A stretch of 42,369 bases of DNA from a virus (taxonomy: Duplodnaviria > Heunggongvirae > Uroviricota > Caudoviricetes), in the IMG/VR virus record IMGVR_UViG_3300032038_000031, positions 1 through 42,369 of that record; one strand, written 5' to 3'. Below are positions 35,601 through 42,369 of this stretch, one piece after another (the stretch's first letter is position 1; every line of letters starts with the position of its first letter). The notes beneath the pieces were generated by a model. The model made no database searches, was not told where the DNA came from, and saw nothing but the letters and a program-made list of their open reading frames with translations. The position numbers were made by a program, and so were the translations under genes.

Positions 35601-38600
35601 GCTCAAGAAGATGTACAAAACTCAGATAATGGGGCAGCAAGTGATGCACATGCTAAACTAGAAGGAAATCAACAAGAGTTAATTAACCTTTTTAAAAATA
35701 TTGATCTAGCAAAAACTATTTCTCAATTTGCAGATTTAACTTCTGGTATTAATTCTGGATTATTTGCATTGTCATCTTTTAAAAATGCCTTTTATGATAT
35801 TTGGCAAGATGATAATACTTCTGCAATAGAAAAAATAACTCAATCTATTATGGCTTTCACAACAGCTGTTTCTATGAGTGTAAGTGCATATAATAGTCTT
35901 AGAAATGGCATGGCTGGAGCAGTAAATCTATTTAAAATTCTTACAGCTAAATTAATAGTAAAATCTGGAGCAGTAGCTGCTGATACTCTATTAACAAAAA
36001 CTAATACAGGTGCAGTAATAGTTAATACTGCAGCTTTAAAAACAATGGGAAAAGAAGGATTAAAAGCTTGGCTAAAAATTCTTGGTCCTATAGCATTAAT
36101 AGCTGCTGCTGTAATAGGTTTAATTGCTCTTATTTATAAATTAGTAACTGCACAATCTAAAGCAGAACAAGAAATGCAAAATATCCAAGATTTTACAAAA
36201 GATGCCGCAGATAATGCAGAAAGAGCTGCTTCTGCTTATGAAGCAATAAAAACTGCTATTAATAATTATCAGACTGCTATTGATAAACTAGAGGAATTAG
36301 CAAATACAACTAATACATTAACAGAAAATAGCCAAGAGTATGAAAATGCCCTTAGTGATGCTAATAAACAGGCTCAAGAATTAATAAATAAATATCCTGA
36401 ATTAGCTAAATATGCTGTAATGTCTTATACTGGAGTTATAAAATTCCAAGATGCAAATGGTAAAGAAATAGATTTAAATGCAATCGTAACAAAAGCTGAA
36501 AAGGCTACTCATACTGCAAATGCTATATCAACTTTAGCTACACAAGCTGAGACTGATGCTACACCTGAAGATTGGGCAAAAGAATTAGCAGCAAATGATA
36601 CTACTTTTAAAGTATTAGAACAAGATAATATAGAATATACAGATATTTCTGAAGAAGCAAAAGCTGCCTTATTTCAAGATATGGCAAATAATGGTGGTAA
36701 ATTTGATTTAGATAGAAGCGAAAAGATCTTAGAGTCATATGGTTATATTCTAGAAAAAAGAAATGGAGCAATTCCAATAGTTCAAGATCAAGGTGACAAA
36801 GATGAAGTTACTAAAACTAACAAATCTATCTTAGCAAATACAGAAAATCCAAAGCAGTTTCAAAAAGGAAGAGATAGCCAATATCAAATTGCTATGGATG
36901 AATATATTAAAAATATAGTTCCTGAAGCAACAGAAAGTCAACAACACATCTATGCAACTGAAATGGGTGGAGATTATGATACTTATTTATCTAATTTCCA
37001 AAAAGAAAAAATTAAATTAGATGATGGCATTACAGATAAAGATAAAAGAGAATATGCAAATACTTTAAATTTAAATTACAATAAGAATGAAGGAACTTTT
37101 TCAGATGCTAATGGAGAAAATGTTGATGTTACTGAGAATGATATTATTCGTACTTTAGCAAATAGTAGAGCCTTAAAGACACAGTTAGAAAATTCTGATA
37201 TTAGTCAAACAGATATTGCTCAACAATTAAAGAAAGTAGATAGTTTTGCATCTGCTTTTTCTACTGATGGAAAAGCTCTATTAGAAAATTTATCTTTTAA
37301 AAAAAGTCAAAATAATTTAAGTCAAGAAGATCTAAACACAATTAATTTATCTGATTATCGACAACTTAAAAAAAGTATTGAAGATGGAACTTTAGAAAAA
37401 TCTGTTGGACAAGAAGTTGCTTCAACAATAGAGCAAGGTTTCGAAAAAATTAATTTAAATGCGGCAATATCTAACACTAGAGAATCAGTAGGAACTCAAA
37501 AAAATGTTAAATCAGCAAATAATTTATTAGATAAAGTTAATCAAAATAAAGTAGATGCACTAACTATCTCAAAAGATGAAGACTATAAGGCAATGTCAAA
37601 ACAAGTTGACAATTTGGCTGCTTTACAACCAGAATTGCAAGGTGCTGTTGAAACTTTTAAACAAACTAGTCTAGTAGGAACACAAGCTTTTGCGGATGCT
37701 TTAGAAGATATTCAAGAAGGAATTGAAAATCAGCAATTAATTAAATCAAGAACAGATTTAGAAGATACTTTTGAAAATATTGATTTAACTGCTAATATAG
37801 ATACATCAAAAGCAGATGAAAAAATCAAATCTTTTATTGATAAAGATTATGAAGTAACAATAAATGTAAAGACTGCATCAGATGAAGCTTTTGAAGAATT
37901 AGAACAAGGTATCAATGCTCTACAAGATGGAGCAAGTAAAATTGGTAAAGATTTTACTGTTTCTGCGGATGATATTAAAGAATTAAATGAACAGTTTCCT
38001 GGAATTATCTCAGGAATGACATTGCTTAATGATGGTTCTGTTCAATTAAATAAACAGTCTGTTAAAGAAGCTGTTGCCGCAGCTCAACAAACTGCAATAG
38101 CAGATACTGAAGCAACTCAAACTAAATTAGAAAATACTAAAAGAGAATTATTAGCTAAAAGAGCTATCTATGTTGAAATGGCAAAAGCAGCTCATAAGTT
38201 AGCAACGACAGAGAATTTATCAGAAGAGCAAAAAAGCAAATATCAGACAACCATAAAACAAGGATTAGCTAAAGTTAATACGGTTGCCGCAAAAGATGAG
38301 ACAGAAGCTAATAAAGCTGTTACTGATAATGCTAATGATAATGCAAAACAAGTTGCTGAAAACTGGACTTCTGCTTATCAGTCAGCATCTGATTCTGCGG
38401 AGGCATTTGCTAAAAATGCTATTACTGCGACAAAGGCAGCAACTAATAATGATGCTAGTGAGTTAGATAATATACAAGATATTAAAGTTAATTATACTGG
38501 CGGAAATGGAACATCTACTGAAGTAAAACAAAATCAAAACTATGCTAAAGAATTAGAAAATGGTAATACTTCTCAAAAAGCAATGGCAGAGCAAGAAAAG

Positions 38601-41600
38601 TATTACAATCAGATGGTTACTTTCTTAGATGAACAACTTGCTTCTGTTGATGGGCAAATGGCGGAAGGTACTGCTAAATTAAAAGCTTTAAAGGCAGGAT
38701 TAAAAAATGTTGCGAATGGCAACGGATTTAACACTTCTGCTGTAGCAGGTATTGATACTGATACTATTGACAAATATCATGACATTAATCTTGAATTAAA
38801 AGAATTAGAAACTAATTTATCAAGAGTAGAAAAAGCTCAAGAAAAACTTGTTAGACAAGATTTAATGGATAGCCTAAATAAACAGTTAGGTATTTTAAAT
38901 CAACAAGCTGATGCCCAAGAGAGAAAATTAGCAATAGCTAAACAAGATATGGCATTTCAACAATCCCAATTAGCTAGTTTAGGAGTAACTTTTGGAGCAG
39001 ATGGTGCGATTAGTAATTATGCTAGTGCATTAGAATCTGCAAAACATTCAGGAGATTCTCAAAAATATTCTACTTTAAAAACATTAATTTCTAATTATGA
39101 TACTTTATATAGTGAAACTATTCCAGGTATTATTGACAAGATACAAGAAATTGCTGATAAAAAAGTTGAAATTCAAATTAGCAAATTTAAAATGAATGCG
39201 GAAATTGCTCTTGATTTGCGTCAAGCAAAACAAGACTGGGCAGAATTTTTAGAGAATATGACTGAAGATATTGATAAGCGTTTTGATGTAAAAATTCAAA
39301 CTCAATACAAAAAAGCAAATGCTTATATATCTTCTGGAGAACTTCAAACAAATGCAGATACTTTAAATACAATTATAAGAGAAGCTAACATTATAAAAAA
39401 TGGCGGAACTTCTTCTATTTATGGTAAAGACTTAAAACAAGCCGAAGAAGATTTAAAAGATTATCAATCTAAAGTCGAAGAAGGCTTAACAACTATGAAA
39501 AAGTCTTTAGAGGAAGCTCGACAGATTGCCGTTGATGCTGCAGAGGCAGTAAATAGTGCAATGAATGACTATGGTGATCAATTAGAAAGAATTAACAATC
39601 TTTACGAACACCATAAAAAAGTAATTGAATTGGCTTATGGAGAAAAAGCTTATAGTAAATTATCTAAATCATATGCCGCACAAGAAAAAAATAATCAACA
39701 ACAATTATCTTTCTGGTCTAAACAAGCAGACTATTGGGAAAAACAAATAGCTCATACTAAAAAAGGCACAGATGCTTGGAAACAAGCTGTTGAAAGTTGG
39801 CAAAATGCAGTTGATAAGATGAATACTTCTATTGAAGATACACTTCAATCTATGCTTGATAATTATTCAAACACAGTTAAACAAGCATTCCAAGAAGTTG
39901 AAAATGAATTAACTAATGGATTAGGAATTGATTATTTAAAAGATCAAATGGATTTAAAATCAGCTACTTCTGGTTTATACCTTGATGATATTAATTCTGA
40001 ATATGAAAAACAAAAACTTCAAAGAAAATATCAAGATGCTATTTATGATGCTGATTCAGTTGCCGCACAACAAAAAATTAGTAAAGCTATGCAAGAGCAA
40101 ATGGATATGCTCGAAAAGAAAGATAAATTAAGTCAATATGATATAGATCGTGCTAATAAAAAATATGAATTAACTTTGAAACAGATTGCTCTTGAAGAAG
40201 CTCAAAATAATAAAACTACTATGCGTCTTCGTAGAGATGCTAATGGTAATTATTCTTATCAATATGTAGCTAATCAAGAACAAGTATCTAAAGCTCAGCA
40301 AGAATTAGCAGATACTCAAAATGATTTATATAATTTTGATAAAGACGCATATCAAAAAAATCTTGATGATCTTGTTCAAATGTGGAAAGATTATCGAGAT
40401 AAAGAAGAAGAAATCCGTCAAGATAGTTCTTTATCTGAAGAAAAAAGAAAAGAATTATTATTAGATTTAGAAAAACAATATTGTCAACAAAGTGAAGCTT
40501 ATACTGAACAAAACCAAACTATTAGAGTTAATTTAACTAGTTCTGCTAATGACGCTTTGAAAAATCTATATGAAACAAATACTAATAATTTTTCAAAAGA
40601 AGTTAAAAAAGAAAAAGCAATTTTATTAGAAGATTTAGTTCCTAACTGGAATAGCGGAGTTCAGCAAATGGCAGACCAAATTGGAGAAAAAGGATTCCAA
40701 GGTGTTGTGCAGACCGCAGTAGCTAAGAGCAATGAAGCTTTAACTGACCTTAATGAAAAAATAAATTCTGTTTTGAGTACTTATGAAAGTAAACAAAAAG
40801 GTATGATTAGAAAAAATAGAACCTTATCTAAACAGTATCTAACTTTATTGAATAGACAAAAGAGTATAAAAACTCAAACAGATAATACTTTAACTTCTTT
40901 AGAAAATCAATATAAAAAATGGAGCAAAATTCGTTCAGAGGCTCTTGCCGCAGCTAAGAATGCGGAACGTTATGTTGAGGCAGCTAAGTTTGCAATAGAT
41001 AATGGAGTTTCAGGTGGAACTGGTGCTAATAAAACAGGAGGTTCTGGTGCTTCTGGAAATGGTTCTAATCAAAATTCAGGAAGTACAGATTTTACATCTA
41101 CTGTTGATACTACTAAAATTAAACCAAAAAAATTACCAAAAAAAGTCAATGAGAAATTATCATTAAAAGATACAATTAAACAAAAATATGAATCTTTTAA
41201 ATTAGGCGGTAAAATAATTTCTACAAAAGGAGGACCAAGTTTTACTTTAATTTCAATAAGTCCAAATGGAAAAGGAAAAGTAGAATGGCAACATTATATT
41301 GGTTCAGGTATTTCTAAAACTGAAACTTTTTCAGCATCAAAAGATGATTTAAAAAAATACTTTAAAATTAGTAGAATAGGTTATAATCAAGTTTATAAGG
41401 ATGGTAAATTTACATACAATCAAGATAATTCTTGGAATGATTTATTTAAATTTGATACTGGCGGTTATACTGGAGATTGGAAATCAAAACAAGGAAAACT
41501 TGCAGTATTACATGAAAAAGAATTAGTATTAAATAAAGAAGATACTAAAAATATGTTAAATATTGTGAATGAAGTTAGAGAAATTACTGCTCAGAAAGCT

Positions 41601-41816
41601 TTTAATTTAACTAATGAATTATCTACTTTAATTGAAAAGGTTATTAATGAAAGAAGTAATTCTGTACAAGGAATTACAACTTCTCAAGATAATCAATCTA
41701 TTGAGCAAAAAGTTTCTATTCAAGCTTCTTTCCCTGGCGTAAAACAAGCATATGAAATAGAAAAAGCATTAAACAATCTTGTAAATGTAGCTTCTCAAAA
41801 AGCTTATACTAATTAA
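32697..41816 (+). CDS. tape measure protein, 3039 aa
   Basis: TP901-type core (LNNIQIVT...LGKST.DY...AANVTG...MGVDVDQL), long helical/coiled-coil body, and a C-terminal FDTGGYTG...LHEKELVLN motif. Confidence 0.92.
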   Translation: MASMNGGTINYGINFTADQSGLNKVKQSLQELRNLSAEDLFKLGNTKDLSKAYSDLKNIKDEAEQIETALKKSFNQKLGVYNINEFKKNLKGLDISSIGKDFEKAGAVGKKAFRDIASELSKTNLQAKKTSETLDKMKLTLMNTIRWSISSSALNAFTGSIQEAYGYVKNLDKSLNNIQIVTKKNADTMADFAKQANKSAQALGKSTTDYTNASLIYYQQGLSDKEVRARTDTTLKAANVTGQDTSEVADELTAVWNGYKVSAEETELYVDKLSKVATSTASNLEELSTGMSKVASAANSMGVDVDQLNAMLSTTISVTRQAPESVGTAYKTIFARMGDLSLDKTDEDGVDLGTVSGQLDDLGVKVLDENNNMRDMGDIVEEVGEKWQGWTRAQQQAAAVALAGKRQYNNLFSLFDNWDSYKSAKNTSENAEGELQKQQDTYMESVQAHLEQMSAAWEGVYDSILDPDSIKTFADAMKDVANFTENFIDSIGGGIPLLQMLGSIGLKVFRNQIGQGIVKVIDNIKISKQNAEQMKKTSAETTATISKMGEQSKDEITKTTISLREQAQSYLSLGIISQETMDKINQQLDELSEAAAAEDFTKEAREGVIEYLDLLGKLSEEEKKVLQESDSIDKNKTTLIDNATNNAISGKEITSGLLKSLNKTDSLVDNKEYLKGQDKIDQANKRTNNINDFMGLLDKAVPKETKIPNLPTMEKLRNNDEFQALIENIAEEKQEELNKAFNEAINEYVSTAMNSTQENDPKLEETKQKIKNIYEQAYTLSTGISTEDLQKQGEKESQKPATTFLDKRNISTDIQKLQQGAVATEFVQRGFFEEQKDKDSGIITRTPSEEKLQNELKSKKEELESLDKNDEKNKNDIEQIEKEIASLEKLVALKKEAFGEDEVNISQAFGMNPGALKEFEETLKKIQDIREQLSDASEEDQKILGKELDENIKKLDKIMDKQVEEGKKAQEDVQNSDNGAASDAHAKLEGNQQELINLFKNIDLAKTISQFADLTSGINSGLFALSSFKNAFYDIWQDDNTSAIEKITQSIMAFTTAVSMSVSAYNSLRNGMAGAVNLFKILTAKLIVKSGAVAADTLLTKTNTGAVIVNTAALKTMGKEGLKAWLKILGPIALIAAAVIGLIALIYKLVTAQSKAEQEMQNIQDFTKDAADNAERAASAYEAIKTAINNYQTAIDKLEELANTTNTLTENSQEYENALSDANKQAQELINKYPELAKYAVMSYTGVIKFQDANGKEIDLNAIVTKAEKATHTANAISTLATQAETDATPEDWAKELAANDTTFKVLEQDNIEYTDISEEAKAALFQDMANNGGKFDLDRSEKILESYGYILEKRNGAIPIVQDQGDKDEVTKTNKSILANTENPKQFQKGRDSQYQIAMDEYIKNIVPEATESQQHIYATEMGGDYDTYLSNFQKEKIKLDDGITDKDKREYANTLNLNYNKNEGTFSDANGENVDVTENDIIRTLANSRALKTQLENSDISQTDIAQQLKKVDSFASAFSTDGKALLENLSFKKSQNNLSQEDLNTINLSDYRQLKKSIEDGTLEKSVGQEVASTIEQGFEKINLNAAISNTRESVGTQKNVKSANNLLDKVNQNKVDALTISKDEDYKAMSKQVDNLAALQPELQGAVETFKQTSLVGTQAFADALEDIQEGIENQQLIKSRTDLEDTFENIDLTANIDTSKADEKIKSFIDKDYEVTINVKTASDEAFEELEQGINALQDGASKIGKDFTVSADDIKELNEQFPGIISGMTLLNDGSVQLNKQSVKEAVAAAQQTAIADTEATQTKLENTKRELLAKRAIYVEMAKAAHKLATTENLSEEQKSKYQTTIKQGLAKVNTVAAKDETEANKAVTDNANDNAKQVAENWTSAYQSASDSAEAFAKNAITATKAATNNDASELDNIQDIKVNYTGGNGTSTEVKQNQNYAKELENGNTSQKAMAEQEKYYNQMVTFLDEQLASVDGQMAEGTAKLKALKAGLKNVANGNGFNTSAVAGIDTDTIDKYHDINLELKELETNLSRVEKAQEKLVRQDLMDSLNKQLGILNQQADAQERKLAIAKQDMAFQQSQLASLGVTFGADGAISNYASALESAKHSGDSQKYSTLKTLISNYDTLYSETIPGIIDKIQEIADKKVEIQISKFKMNAEIALDLRQAKQDWAEFLENMTEDIDKRFDVKIQTQYKKANAYISSGELQTNADTLNTIIREANIIKNGGTSSIYGKDLKQAEEDLKDYQSKVEEGLTTMKKSLEEARQIAVDAAEAVNSAMNDYGDQLERINNLYEHHKKVIELAYGEKAYSKLSKSYAAQEKNNQQQLSFWSKQADYWEKQIAHTKKGTDAWKQAVESWQNAVDKMNTSIEDTLQSMLDNYSNTVKQAFQEVENELTNGLGIDYLKDQMDLKSATSGLYLDDINSEYEKQKLQRKYQDAIYDADSVAAQQKISKAMQEQMDMLEKKDKLSQYDIDRANKKYELTLKQIALEEAQNNKTTMRLRRDANGNYSYQYVANQEQVSKAQQELADTQNDLYNFDKDAYQKNLDDLVQMWKDYRDKEEEIRQDSSLSEEKRKELLLDLEKQYCQQSEAYTEQNQTIRVNLTSSANDALKNLYETNTNNFSKEVKKEKAILLEDLVPNWNSGVQQMADQIGEKGFQGVVQTAVAKSNEALTDLNEKINSVLSTYESKQKGMIRKNRTLSKQYLTLLNRQKSIKTQTDNTLTSLENQYKKWSKIRSEALAAAKNAERYVEAAKFAIDNGVSGGTGANKTGGSGASGNGSNQNSGSTDFTSTVDTTKIKPKKLPKKVNEKLSLKDTIKQKYESFKLGGKIISTKGGPSFTLISISPNGKGKVEWQHYIGSGISKTETFSASKDDLKKYFKISRIGYNQVYKDGKFTYNQDNSWNDLFKFDTGGYTGDWKSKQGKLAVLHEKELVLNKEDTKNMLNIVNEVREITAQKAFNLTNELSTLIEKVINERSNSVQGITTSQDNQSIEQKVSIQASFPGVKQAYEIEKALNNLVNVASQKAYTN

Positions 41817-41821
41817 AAATA

Positions 41822-41845
41822 AAGGGGCTTTTGCCCCTTATTTTT
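41822..41845 (+). terminator. intrinsic terminator after the tape measure gene
   Basis: AAGGGGC-TTTT-GCCCCTT followed by ATTTTT. Confidence 0.75.
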
Positions 41846-41910
41846 ATATGGTCATTTATAGTTAAGAAGTTTAAATTAATTTTGATATTTTTATAGAAAG
41901 AGGTGTTAAA

Positions 41911-42183
41911 ATGGCTAGTTATGAAGAAAAAATTTGTCAAGCAATTCAAATTATGTTAAATAAGAAAATAAGCGATATTCCGTATGATAGAACAATCACC
42001 GCAAGAATTGCTAAATGTATTAACAAAGAAGAGGGTAAATATTTAGTAAAATTTCAAGATTCTCAATTCTATGCCTATTCTTTAAATCAAGCAGATTATT
42101 CTCAGCATATTGGCAAATATATTTATGTTTTAATACCTAATGGAGATATGAGAAAGAAAAAATTAATTTTAACTTTAATGTAA
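41911..42183 (+). CDS. hypothetical protein, 90 aa, possibly OB-fold-like
   Basis: GAGGTG RBS; candidate late-promoter motif at 41849-41890. Confidence 0.65.
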   Translation: MASYEEKICQAIQIMLNKKISDIPYDRTITARIAKCINKEEGKYLVKFQDSQFYAYSLNQADYSQHIGKYIYVLIPNGDMRKKKLILTLM

Positions 42184-42198
42184 AGGAGGTTATAAAGT

Positions 42199-42369
42199 AT
42201 GGCTGAAGGAAATAGAAATTTTGTTGATCAAGTATATGTTACAGATGACGTATCTTCTGATAATGGACAAATTATTGATATTGGGGCAAAAGCAGAAAAT
42301 GTATACTTTAATGATAATATCACTTTACCTAATAAATTAGAAGAATACCAAAAACAATTAATAGCAGAA
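42199..42369 (+). CDS. partial ORF (MAEGNRNFVDQVY...) running off the window
   Basis: AAGGAGG RBS and 57 open codons to the window end. Confidence 0.7.
   Translation, partial: MAEGNRNFVDQVYVTDDVSSDNGQIIDIGAKAENVYFNDNITLPNKLEEYQKQLIAE

Noticed and set aside
6490-39372. Antisense ORFs in the track (6490, 8780, 13900, 14444, 21074, 25513, 28182, 29527, 31458, 33691, 34076, 39187) and the alternate-frame ORF at 38284
   Set aside because: They shadow well-supported genes or intron cores, have no RBS and show no protein motifs.
1-42369. tRNA/rRNA genes, integrase, DGR reverse transcriptase, tail sheath
   Set aside because: No cloverleaf, RT motifs, recombinase motifs or sheath-like ORF were recognised in this window.

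Overview
AT-rich segment of a large tailed bacteriophage, probably a Firmicutes-infecting siphovirus (no tail sheath gene seen). The left 3.8 kb holds a few small minus-strand genes with consensus sigmaA promoters. These are flanked by non-coding DNA built on a strict 15-bp lattice of degenerate 12-bp palindromes, about 70 boxes in total, at the point where gene orientation switches. From 3836 onward lies a plus-strand morphogenesis module: HTH/Zn-finger protein, probable TerS, TerL, a small nuclease, portal, protease/scaffold, capsid, neck, tail tube, baseplate-like proteins, tail chaperone and a 3039-aa tape measure protein. TerL is split by four group I introns and reconstructs to 578 aa; the tail tube gene is split by a fifth and reconstructs to 315 aa. 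Splice sites were derived by hand from the 5' U / 3' omega-G rule, P1 pairing and restored protein motifs. The introns carry a GIY-YIG endonuclease in the P1 loop, two intact HNH endonucleases, one frameshifted HNH, and one has no ORF. A recurrent candidate late-promoter motif precedes seven ORFs. Product names come from motif recognition and gene position only; no database searches were run.
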